NCBI RefSeq assembly: GCF_006345805.1
Contig: NC_043000.1
Span: forward strand, 81,964,001-82,028,000
Reading direction: 5' to 3'
DNA from: Octopus sinensis
Taxonomy: Eukaryota
Length of the DNA stretch: 64,000 nt
In this document: one piece after another, positions 13,208 through 25,447 of the stretch
How the letters are laid out: each line of letters starts with the position of its first letter
Numbering within the stretch: position 1 is the first letter of the stretch
Translations under genes and position numbers: made by a program
The notes under the pieces: generated by a model
Seen by the model: the letters and a program-made list of their open reading frames with translations, nothing else
Told to the model about the DNA's origin: nothing
Databases searched by the model: none

Positions 13208-14821
13208 TGGGTGTTAGACTTGGCAAAATTATTAGAGCATCAGAAAAATGATTTGCAGTGATCAGTTATGACAATTTACGCTCTAAGTTCTAATTCCGTC
13301 GATTTCAATTTTGCCATTCTACCCCAGCTCAAAAGATCGATCAAATAAGGCACCAATTGAATGCTGAGTTTGGTATAATCGACTAGTGACCTTCCTGAAA
13401 ACGTATGGCCTTTGCCTTTGTAAGAAACAAATAAAAAAGGGCGTTAGGTTGGTAGAATCATTAGATGGTCGGTCAAAAGTTTTTACGGCATTCATTTCAG
13501 GTCTTTATATTCTGAGATGAAATTTCTCCGAAGTCAAACATTGCCTTTGATCCTACTATTTCATCCCTGAAATATATAACCATAGTTAACGGAAGGCCTG
13601 ACGGGAATTAACAGATGTTATAGCCAGGAATTCATACTCTTCAAGGATGTGACAGTATTAATAACGGAAGGAAAATTTGACTAAACTGCAGAAAAAGGAA
13701 GGCCCCGAAAGAGAGTTAACAAATGTTAATGTTACGAATATAGTTGTCTGGGTTTTTTTCTATTCTTTGACTTCTTACTTTCCAAATATGCTTTGTAAAA
13801 TATTGTGCGGTTTTCCAAGAAGTGATGACAGAACGAACTGTTAAGCTGCTGCATGCATTTTTTGAGACACATCAATATAACAGAGATAAAAGTGTTGTAG
13901 ACTCTCTCTTACAGTAGAAAACCACATCTTACGCCACCCTATTCGTTCTTACTTAAAATAAAGCGGGAAAATCTCCCCTTGTCGACACATAGCCAAAGTC
14001 TTCCTCGAGAATTTCTCGAAGGAATTCCCAGTTACATAAGAGACGAGATCTGCTTAATATATCCAGAATCATTCCGTTGAGTTCCCTTCCACTATGATGA
14101 CGTGATCAAGCGAATTTGGGGAGATCGAAGAAAATCTCAGCTCAGGCTTTTACCCATATTTCCGGTGGATAGGGGGTTCAGTTTCACAGAATTCGCAACT
14201 TTTCATACAATTTTTATTTCGAATGTAGTATATCGACGCACACATAAATAGATAAATAATATACTTGCGCGCGCGTGTGTATGCGTGCGTGTGTGTACTT
14301 TATTAAAAAGAAGGAAAATATCACAAAAACTGTTACTCAGAATTTCACGTTCCCGTTCCTAATCCAAATAATAAGACATCTTTAATGACCACTTACAATT
14401 GCTTTCAAAGCCATTTCATGTTCGAAGTGAAATCAAGATTTCCTACACCTGAAGAATTTCGGTATTAGTCTGGAATCCGACAGCGTTGATAGCCCAGAAC
14501 TTGGGTTGAATGGTGCGTTGGAAAGACCCTATTTTATACCTTACCAGGAACTTAGATTTTTACTCCATACAGTTTATATATATATATATATAATCTGAAA
14601 AGTATAGTATTAAATATTCATCACGGTTGATCTTACCAATAGGTTCGCGTAAAGAATACAATGGAGTGTTAGGTAACAATCTAATTATATAACTTTACGC
14701 TCATCAGAGTTAGCCGACATGAAAGGGAATATGGCGACTGCTCCTTATTGTGGGAGGTGGATGAGCACAACTGGTCAGCGGCTGCTGTGAAAAAAATGGT
14801 CGTATATATATAATTATATAT

Positions 14822-14983
14822 ATACGACGGGCTTCTTTCAGTTTTCCTCTACCAAATCCACTCACAAGACTTTGGTCGGCCCGAGGCTATAGGAGAAGGT
14901 GCCATAGGTGCCATGCAGTAGGACTGAACCCGGAACTATGTGGTTGGGAAGCAAGCTTCTTACCACACAGCCACGCCTGCACC
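14822..14983 (-). mobile_element. SINE family B, 5' half
   Basis: Matches the family-B head. Confidence 0.8.
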
Positions 14984-15007
<24 letters not shown>

Positions 15008-15014
<7 letters not shown>

Positions 15015-15287
15015 ATCACGTGACCGACCAGGCTATCTGATGTTGCTACACATCGCTGGTCACAATGCGCTTCGCCTTGTTTTAGCCTTCAAATGACGCC
15101 ACCCCGCTGGCTAAGTGAGCTGGCCAACAGAAGAAAGAGTGAGAGAAAGTTGTGGCGAAAGAGTACAGCAGGGATCGCCCCCCCCCTGCCGGAGCCTCGT
15201 GGAGCTTTAGGTGTTTTCGCTCAATAAACACTCACAACGCCCGGTCTGGGAATCAAAACCGCTGCCCTAACCACTGGGCAATTGCGC

Positions 15288-15290
<3 letters not shown>
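15008..15290 (-). mobile_element. SINE family C (tRNA-like head)
   Basis: Minus head GAGGCGCAATTGCCCAGTGGTTAGGGCAGCGG..TTGATTCCCAGACCGGGCG. Tail CGGTCACGTGATCACGTGATA. Second copy at 23018-23250. Confidence 0.75.
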
Positions 15291-15365
<75 letters not shown>

Positions 15366-15991
15366 GATGTATGTAATTACGTGTGTGTCTATATGTGAGT
15401 GCGAACGTGTGTGCGCATGTGTAATGCACGTACATGTATGTATGTATGACACTCTTATTTTATTATTAATGTCAGGCAACCGTGCTGCGTTTTGATTGTG
15501 TATTTATGAACTCATGTATCACTTGTTTGTTTTATTGTCTCGTCCCACCCGCTACAAACGAACACATCTACCACCGTCTTAGCTAACACTGGCATCCTTG
15601 CCACCAAACCACCACAACCACCACCACCACAACCATTTTGCTATAACTACTGCCGATTCAAACCCTCCTCGTCTCGTTTGCCACTCTGTTTCCCACCAGT
15701 GTCAACATGTTCGTTTGTTCTCATATTCGTTATCACCACCCACACAGCCAGCAGCACAAACAACCAACGTACATGCCGCGATATTAAACGCACCCCCATG
15801 ACTTCGTTCACGCACCGTCAGGGCGAGCATCTATCCCTACTATCCTTCTAATATCATTAACACCCGGTACACAACCATCAACACTCACCATCATCTTCAT
15901 CCCTTTACCTAGTGGTTATTAACCATTTTTTCTATGGACCCCTTTTGATTCCAGTTTCTCTCGGACGAATCTTTATAACGGTTTTTTTAAT

Positions 15992-16396
15992 CCTTTGTCT
16001 TTTACTTGTTTCAGTCATTAGACTGCAGCCATGCTGGGGCTCCGCTTTGAAGAATATTCAGTCAAATAAATCGACCCCAGTACCTATTTTTTTAAAGCCT
16101 GGTGCTTATTTTATCCATCTCTTTTGCCGAACTGCTAAGGTACAGGGTCATAAATACACCAACACCCGTTCTTAAGCGGTGGTGGTAGGACAAACAGAGA
16201 CTCAAAGATACACTCCACGCACCTATACATACGACGGGCTTCTTTCAGTTTCCGTCTACCAAATCCATTCACAAGGATTTGGTCGGCCCGAGACTATTGT
16301 AGGAGACACTAGCCCAAGGTGCCACGCAATGGGACTGAACACAGAACCACACGATTACGAAGCAAGCTCCTTACCATACAGCCACGCCTGCGCCTA
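15992..16396 (-). mobile_element. SINE family B, near full length
   Basis: Head and tail both match family B. Confidence 0.85.
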
Positions 16397-17135
16397 CTAC
16401 ATCTTTATAATTAAATCTTAAGAATTTTATGAAAAATTGTGAAAATATTTTATGTATGGTAGTAGTATAAGCACAGCGTTGCACATAAATTTGACTGACA
16501 ATATTTTATATAGAACCTCAGGAGTCTTAAGGAGCTATTTTATGAGCACCATTACAAGCTCTCATAATATCATCCTCACCGTCCATTCCCAGCCATTGAT
16601 TACCCTTCTTTTAATTTCATTTACACCTCGGTTCTCTATATAACCAGCTAAGTTATATGTCACAGACAGTTCCTGAGTCTCATGCCAAAACAACAAATAT
16701 TTTGTTATGGATTAAATGTAAAATTTATATACATGTGTGTGTGTGTGTAAGTATGTATTCGTATACATTCATGTATATATTTATGCTCATATACATAATG
16801 ATGATAGCTGTCCACTCGTGACCGGAGAAGACCCTCACTGGCCATTGTGCACTCAGATAAATTTACTCGTACACTTGTGACTCCGCTGGTGACTAATGCA
16901 CCCAGCTTTTGATAAACATAAACGTTCGCAAATAGTGCAGAGCAAGCTTCACACATTCACTATACTGGTGGTGCGTTTTTATGTATGCTAAATTATGCCT
17001 GAAAATGCACTTTCGTCTTTTTTTTTTTTTTTAAAAACATTCACTCCTTCCTGTATTTGTTTTCTTCAATTGTAGCGATGACAAGCATCTCTTTCCCAAT
17101 TGACGACCCGTACTTCACATACTTATAAACATACC

Positions 17136-17266
17136 TATTTCTTTACTACCTACAAGGGGCTAAACACAGAGAGGACAAACAAGGACAGACAAACGGGTTA
17201 GCTCAATTATATCGACCCCAGTGCGTAACTGGTACTTATTTAATCGACCCCGAAAGGATGAAAGGC
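17136..17266 (-). mobile_element. SINE family A 3' fragment with Tx1-like tail
   Basis: TATTTCTTTACTACCTACAAGGGGCTAAACACAGAGAGGACAAACAAGGAC on the plus strand. Confidence 0.75.
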
Positions 17267-17331
17267 ATTTTTTCTATCTATTTTGGCATAACTACACAAT
17301 TGTAACCCCTCCCCACAAAAAAAAAAAAAAA

Positions 17332-17993
17332 TGTTTCCTCATAACTTTCAGAAGAATAGATATTTTCGAAATAAAATTTTCTACAAATGCGCTTCAGACA
17401 GTGTAGATTCTGATTATATCGGAATTAGCTGTGAAAGGAAAAAGACAGATGAGGTTCGGAAAATTCACGAGTCGGCTTTCTTTCTTCATAACTTTGAGAA
17501 GAATTGGTATTTTTTCATAAAGTTTTGTACAAATACCTTTCAGATGGTGCGCATTACGATTATATCAGAATTTAATGTGAAAGAAAAACAAAAAAATTGG
17601 TGGTTGCGTGCACATACATACTGACATATTACAATGGGGTTTTTTTCTTTCAAAAATTCGAAGTTTCATATTGTAGGTATATATGTGATGTATGTTAGTT
17701 TGTATGCCTGTGCCCATTAATTTGTTTCACATTTCGATATAATTATAATTCCAATATAATCGTATTCCACCTCAAAAGTATTTGTAGAGAATTTCATTAA
17801 AAAATACTCATTTTCTGAGAGTTATGAGGAAACAAATCTGATTCATATGAATTTCCCGAAACTCCTCTTCTCACCCATCCGAAAAATATTTTCACCACAA
17901 ATTCCGATATAATCAGATTCTACACCATCTGCAACTTATTTGTAGACAATTTCATCAAAAAATATCCATTATTATGAAAGTTATGAGGAAACA
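17332..17993. mobile_element. foldback/MITE-like element with ~95-bp subunits
   Basis: Two direct units starting TTTC(C/T)TCATAACTTT on the left and two inverted units ending AGTTATGAGGAAAC on the right. Confidence 0.7.
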
Positions 17994-18029
17994 AAGTCGG
18001 AGGAGAGGATACAATCTGTAAGTATGCAT

Positions 18030-18545
<516 letters not shown>

Positions 18546-18571
18546 TTCAGTATGTATCGCAAGTTCATGAA

Positions 18572-19210
18572 TTAAGACCTGGAATGTTCCTCTTCAAAAC
18601 GCAGAACGGACCTTTGTGGTTTTCGTCACTGTTTAATATTATCTTTAAAAATGTCTCTTAATGTATCTTATAGATGTAATTCTTGACGCTGAATCCGAAT
18701 TTGTTTTGCAAAAATGTTACAGGTATTCAAAGTTTGATAATTTTCAAAAGTTTTAGCCAATCAGAAAACAGCACGTTCACTGCCGCTTCCATCATCAGTG
18801 GGGAGGAGGAGTGCACCGGCATGTCAGAACATTAAACTTGGATTTTATAAAATAAATTATCTTTCTCGTATCTCCTTCTCCTCCTCGTGCGCATGTGCAA
18901 CATCTTTGGTTACTATGGAAACAGTTCTTTGCAATCAGCTATGCAACACGTTGTGCTTCTTTGCTTTGGTTACTATGGAAACAGAAATTTTCGCCATGGT
19001 GATATGTTAAATATCTATTTCTGATTGGCTAAAATACCCAAATTTTGCAAATTTTAATGGCTAATAACTTTTTGATTATGGATTTATAGGAAAAGGGAAT
19101 TTCATTTTCATAATTAGTTTACAAAACTTAACCCATATACCAAATTTGAAGACAATGGGAACAAAATTGTAAACAGTGACGAAAACCACAAAGATCCCGC
19201 AGGTCTTTAA
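18572..19210. mobile_element. non-autonomous TIR element (Kolobok-like)
   Basis: Perfect 24-bp inverted repeat CTTTGTGGTTTTCGTCACTGTTTA (18612-18635 / 19170-19193). Outer ends TTAAGACCTG...CAGGTCTTTAA suggest a TTAA target. Partial inverted copy at 63498-63785. Confidence 0.65.
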
Positions 19211-19219
19211 CATTGACGT

Positions 19220-19470
19220 ATTTCATTCATTAGACTGCGGCCATGCTGGGGCACCTCCTTGTAGAAGTTTAGTCGAACAAATCCACAACTACTTATTTTT
19301 TGAAAGTCTGATATTTATTCTGTTGGTCCCTTTCGTAGAACCGCTAAATTTACGGGGACATAAACACATCAACACCAGTTGTCTATCCGTGATGGTGGTG
19401 CTGAAGGCCAAGACAGACGAAGACAAACACGCGGCTTGACACACGACGGGCTTCTACCGAATCCACTCAC
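19220..19470 (-). mobile_element. SINE family B, degenerate 3' part
   Basis: CATTAGACTGCGGCCATGCTGGGGCAC... Confidence 0.7.
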
Positions 19471-20188
19471 ACGCCATTTTTCTGTCTATGGAACCCTTTC
19501 ATTCCTATTATTACTTTTTACTTGGGTGGACCATCATAGCCATTCGATATTTAAAAAAGAATCCTATTGTATTTTTATAATCAAATATTATCAAAAAACA
19601 TTGCTAAACTTGTTAAAATACTTTGTGTATTGCACACAGTTTTATTGCATATAAATTTTAATAACAAAATCTTATATGGACTCCCGAAGGTGATATGGAC
19701 CTTTGATGAGAACCACTGCTGTAGTGGAAGACACTTGTCCAAGGTGACACGCAGTAGGACTCAACATGAGAAGCAGACTCTTTCACACACAGCCAGCTGT
19801 TGCAGATATTTTAAACTTGCCACTGCAAACCACCGATATTTTGGTCCACACAGAAAGTAATGACCGATACAGTTTGGCACCACTGTATTATCGCAAGCGT
19901 ACAACACGAATACAACGAGCTGAGACAGATATTATAGGGTAACGAGGCCTTTGTTCTATTTATTTCACCAAGCCCCTACTATATATGTTGCACTATGTAT
20001 TGAGCATTTCTTTCGCTTGTTTATTGTAAAGAACACACACACACACACGCAGGCACGCACACACGTACGAACACCACATACACACACATGTTGGTATGGG
20101 CGTTCGCGTATACATGGATACACATATTTAAACAGCACTTAAACATATACACAGGTATCTGCACGTATGTACACACACACACACATAT

Positions 20189-20223
<35 letters not shown>

Positions 20224-20227
20224 GTAT

Positions 20228-21908
20228 TATTACAAATTTATTTTACCAATAGAACCGCAACTTCTATTTCAGGATATCCTTATGGTATGGAATACACATA
20301 GAAAGTTATATCCAATAAAATAATATAAGCATTTAAAAAACCTACTATAAAATACAATAAAATTATTTGAAAAATTATTTGAAAAATATTTATAACTTAC
20401 CTATTATTAGTCTGTGGGGAAAGAAGATATTTTAATTAACGCTATATAGGATCCACAGCGAACGAAATTAAAAGAAGAATTTCCCAACCATTATCAGTCC
20501 TTCAAAAATCCCAAATTAATAAATTCGACAGGTCTAAGTAAATACACATGGGAGTTGAAATTTAATAAAATAGAATATACCCTTAATTGGAATATCATTT
20601 GTAGAGCGAAGTCATATAGAATAGGTAATAAAATGTGCTTATTATGCACAACAGAGTTTATGAAAATACTCCAGTCAAGAGAGGTATTACTGAACAGTAT
20701 TGAAGAGAGAGGAATAGAATGCTGACATAAGAATAACTTTACGTATAATAAAATGAAAAATATATAAAATTAACCCCCCCCCCCAGTATGTAATCTCTTG
20801 AACAGTTATGAGGTAGATAGTTAAATGTAGTTATAATAAAATTTTATAGTAGCATTAGATATTCATATACCAGGAACCATGCATTTATTAAAGAATATTA
20901 CCTTAAAAGGCCACATTTAATCTAACATAAATCTCTAAATCTTAAACACTATAAAAAATCCAGTTACAGCTAGATTTAAGAGTATAACATATTTCTAGTT
21001 ATTATCTCCCCTTGAATTCAACTTCTCTAATATTATTAGTCTTAGAGTATTTTATTTTATTTGTGTTATTTCCATAATACTTAGCGCATGACAGAGGGAG
21101 AAGCCATTTACACAGGAAAGGAAAGGAGTAAACATTATGTCGATAAGTATTCTTCCTTTGTTAATTTTTTTACTAGATTTTTTACAAGTTTTATCCAATA
21201 AATTTATAACGTATATAGTGGTTTTTACTAAATAATCTTTTTAAATACTATTAACTTACGTTTGACATAAAAAATAGTAATTTATACTTGTATAGATAGG
21301 GGTAATTCTTACACTAAATTATTGATTCCCGTAACTTTTATATAGATAGGTTGTAGGATTTGATGCGTTTATAATATAATCGTTGAGGGTTTCCTTAGGT
21401 TTAGCATTCTCTCTATATATCGGTATTGTAATTTTAGGTGTTTAATTTTTTAAAATTTTCTACGTTTAAACTTTTTTTAATTTTTAAAAATATATTTGAA
21501 ATTTATATATTTTTATTATATTTTTATTCATATTCTTAATTCTATTTAATATGACTTATAAGATGTATTTTTAATTTTGATCCGTTAATAATAATAACTA
21601 TAAGATAAATAACCTGAGGACGCACTGGTGGATTTATGCATTAGGTATAGCCTTGATAAACACACCACCAGCGCAGAAACATGTGTAGCGTTGATTAAAA
21701 ATATTTTCTTTCCCCACTGACTAATAATAGCTAAGTAATATATATTTTTCAAATATTTTTTTAAATAATTTTATTGTATTTTATGGTAGGTTTTTTTAAA
21801 TGCTTATATTATTTTATTGGATACAATTTTCTATGTGTATTCCATACAATAAGGATATCCTGAAAGAGGAATTGCGGTTCTATTGGTAAAATCCCAAATT
21901 TGTAATAT
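20228..21908 (+). mobile_element. 5'-truncated Penelope-like element: GIY-YIG endonuclease relic with inverted terminal repeat
   Basis: 20443-20760 encodes YIGSTANEIKRRI.NHYQSFKNP...LSKYTWELK...NWNIICRAKSYRIGNKMCLLCTTE. 20228-20444 is the reverse complement of 21686-21908 (~215 bp). Confidence 0.85.
21611..21692 (+). ncRNA. hammerhead-ribozyme-like motif with long stem II (partly decayed)
   Basis: CTGAGGA-CGCACTGGTGG...CCACCAGCGCA-GAAAC-ATGT-GTA. Stem I pairs poorly. Confidence 0.5.
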
Positions 21909-21998
21909 TATAAATGATACTGTTTACATTGCATTAGTAAAGTGTAAAATACTAAATGTCCTGACAACCTGGAATACTTAATTATTCCCTAAGATTTA

Positions 21999-22030
<32 letters not shown>

Positions 22031-22044
22031 TATATATACACGTA

Positions 22045-22075
<31 letters not shown>

Positions 22076-22509
22076 GTGTGTGTGTGTGTGTGTGTATGTA
22101 TTATCTATGTATATATACATATGTACATAAATATGTGTGTATATATATATATTCCTTCATATGTATATATATTCATACGTATATATATATATGGGGCGTG
22201 GGTGTGTGGGTGTAAATATGCATATACACGCGCACATACATATATGTGTGCGTGTATGTGGATGTGTGTGTGTAAGTATAAACAAACATACATACATACA
22301 TAAGAAGTAATTATAAATTAGCTAATTAGTAAACGCACAAGTGTTACGCTCTATTTCTTCATGCGTCTATCATTTTGATTATAACTTTTCATTCATTTTT
22401 TTTCTCTCTTTCCGGTCGACATTTGACTCTTGTGTCTGATGTGTATTGTTTCTTTCTTTGCGTCTACCTAAATTCTATGTATGTATGCTTGCATGTATGC
22501 ATGTATGAA

Positions 22510-22940
22510 TTCTTTTACTTGTTTCAGTTATTCGACTGCGGCCATACTGGAGCACCGCCTTTAGTGGAACTGATCGACCCCGGACTTATTCTTTGTAATC
22601 TTGGTACTTATTCTATCTGTCTCTTTTGCCGAACCGCTGAGTTACAGGGCGTAAACACACCAGAATCGGTTGTCAAGCGATGGTGGGGGACAAACAGACA
22701 CACACGTACACAAACACACACACACACGCACAGAAACAAATACATACACACACACAGACACACACATATATAAACGATGGGCTTCTTTCAGTTTCCGTCC
22801 ACAAAATACATTTACAAGGGCTTTGGTCGGCCCGAAGCTATAGTAGAAGACAGTTGCCCAAGGTGTCACGCAGTGGGACTTAACTCGGAAGTATGTGGAT
22901 GCTAAGCAAGCTACTTACCTCACAACCACTCCTGCGCCTG
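22510..22940 (-). mobile_element. SINE family B, near full length
   Basis: Head and tail match family B. Confidence 0.85.
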
Positions 22941-23017
22941 GGTATATGTGCACATACATACATGCACACATACATACGCACGCGCGCACACACACACACA
23001 CATATATATATATACAT

Positions 23018-23250
23018 ATCACGTGATCACGTGACCGACCAGTCTATCAGATGTTGTTACACATCGCTGGTCACAATGCGCTTTTGCTTTATTCTCCTCT
23101 TCAAATGACACCACACTGCTGGCTAGGCGAGCAGGATAACATCCCCCCGTCCCCGATCGAAAGGGGGCCTTGAGCAACGTCAAATGAAGGCTTTTGCTCA
23201 AAAACACAACACGCCGCCCGGTCAAGGAATCGAACCGACAATCTAGCGAT
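23018..23250 (-). mobile_element. SINE family C
   Basis: Homologous to 15008-15290. Confidence 0.7.
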
Positions 23251-23444
23251 ATATATATTTATGTGTGTGTGTGTGTGTGTACGTATGTTCTTTTATTCTT
23301 TTACTTGTTTCAGTCATTTGACTGAGGCCTGCTGGAGCACTGCTTTTAGTCGAACAAATCGACCCCGGGACTTATTCTTGGTAAGCCTAGTACTTATTCT
23401 ATCGGTTACTTTTGCCGAACCCCAAGCTTCTTACCACACAGCCT

Positions 23445-23501
23445 ATATATCTATATCTATATCTATCTAACTATCTATCTATCTATCTGTCTATCTGTCT
23501 A

Positions 23502-23546
<45 letters not shown>

Positions 23547-24295
23547 ATATACATATATATATGTATGTATGTATATACATATATATGTATGTATGTATAT
23601 ACATATACATGTATGTATGTATATACATATATATGTATGCATGTATATACATATATATGTATGCATGTATATACATATATATGTATGCATGTATATACAT
23701 ATATATGTATGCATGTATATACATAATATATATGTATGCATGTATATACATATATATATATATGTATGTATATACATATATATATATATGCATGTATATA
23801 CATATATATATATATGTATATACATATATATATATGTATGTATATATATATATATGTATGTATATACATATATATATATATGTATATACATATATATATA
23901 TGTATGTATATACATATTATATGTATGTATGTATATACATACATATATATATATATGTATGTATATACATACATATATATATATATGTATGTATATACAT
24001 ATATATATATGTATGTATGTATATACATATATATATATGTATGTATGTATATACATATATATATGTATGTATATACATATATATATATGTATGTATGTAT
24101 ATACATATATATATGTATGTATGTATATACATATATATATATGTATGTATGTATATACATATATATATGTATGTATGTATATACATATATATATATGTAT
24201 GTATGTATATACATATATATATGTATGTATGTATATACATATATATATATGTATGCATGTATATACATACATACACACATAACATATATATATAT
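23445..24295. repeat. 850-bp compound TATC/TGTC then TATACATATATATGTATG-type higher-order microsatellite
   Basis: Directly visible. Confidence 0.95.
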
Positions 24296-24300
24296 GCAGA

Positions 24301-25447
24301 CAGGGGCTGGACAAAATAATGGAAACACCTAGCATCATAGCATAATAATTTTGAATTGTCTATAAAACCATCAAAAGCTCGTTTATTTTTATGTTTTTGA
24401 TTTATTATTTGTGTTGCTTAATATGTTTTGCTAAAATTGCTGTTTCTTTTCAGATATCATCAGAAAACGGTAATCAAAATTCATTAAAATGATTGATCTA
24501 TCGGACTTTCAAAGCGGTCAAATTGTTGGTGCTCGTATGGCAGGCGCTAGCGTAGCGAAAACAGCCGAAATGTTTGGTGTATCAAGATGTACTGTCTCGA
24601 AAGTATGGAGAGTCTTCGAGAAAGAGGAAAAACCCTCCTCGTCGAAACAAAGCTCCGGTATAAAACCAAAACTTTCAGATAGGGACCGTCGGACTCTTAC
24701 GCGAATTGTTAAAAGCATCTCAAAAGTACAGCTTCTGGAATTACTGTAGAGCTTAATGACCACCTCAAGAACCCAGTTTCCACAAAAACTGTTCGCCGGG
24801 AGCTGCACAAAGTCGGATTTCACGGGAGGGCTGCAGTCAGAAAACCACTACTTTCAAAAATAAACGTTGCAAAGCGTTTAGAGTGGAGTAAAAACCTATT
24901 GAATCGGTCCCTAGAGTAGTGGAAGAATGTTATTTTCTCGGCCGAGTCACCCTTTACCGTATTTCCCACAACCGGCCGACAATACGTGTGGAGTAGCCAA
25001 AAGAAGCATTTGACCCAGACTGCCTTCTTTCAACTGTTAAAAATGGAGGAGGATCTGTGATGATCGGTGGGGGGGGGTATATCTTGGAAATCCACCGACC
25101 CAAGGGTTTCCCTTCATGGCAGAATTAATAGTCAAGACTATTTAAGCATTTTATCTGAGCAAATTCATCCTATGGTTGCGGAACTGTTTCCGAAGGGAAA
25201 CGCAATCTTTCAGGATAATAATGCACCAATTCACACAGCTAAAGTTGTTAGTGAATTGTACGAGAAACATTCTAGTGTAGTTGAACATCTTATCTGGCCA
25301 CCAAAGTCCCCAGATATCGATGATATTGAACATTTATGGTGCATTTTAGAAAAACAAGTAAGGATTCGATATCCTCCGCCATCATCACAACAAGAGCTGA
25401 AGACTGTTTTAGCTGAAGAATGGATAAAAATTCCTTTGGAAACAATT
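24301..25447 (+). mobile_element. Tc1-like (DD34E) transposon, 3'-truncated pseudogene
   Basis: TIR-like CAGGGGCTGGACAAAATAATGGAAACACC. MIDLSDFQSGQIVGARMAGASVAKTAEMFGVSR..., VIFSAES (first catalytic D mutated to A), FQDNNAPIH, WPPKSPDIDDIEHLW. Frameshifts and a stop. Confidence 0.92.

Noticed and set aside
13600-14210. Unique-looking non-repetitive segment, possible promoter/UTR exon
   Set aside because: No ORF of 60 aa or more, and no diagnostic signals. Cannot be supported from sequence alone.
14329-14358. Minus-strand half hammerhead (ACG-GGAA-CGT-GAAA-TTCTGAG-TA-ACAG)
   Set aside because: The CUGANGA half and the 5' strand of stem I are missing. Truncated remnant only.
23483-24338. Long ORFs (200-280 aa) rich in Y/I/M/C/H, and similar ORFs at 8.5, 10-12, 42-44 and 51.5 kb
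   Set aside because: Translations of TA/CA/TG microsatellites that lack stop codons. No coding signal.
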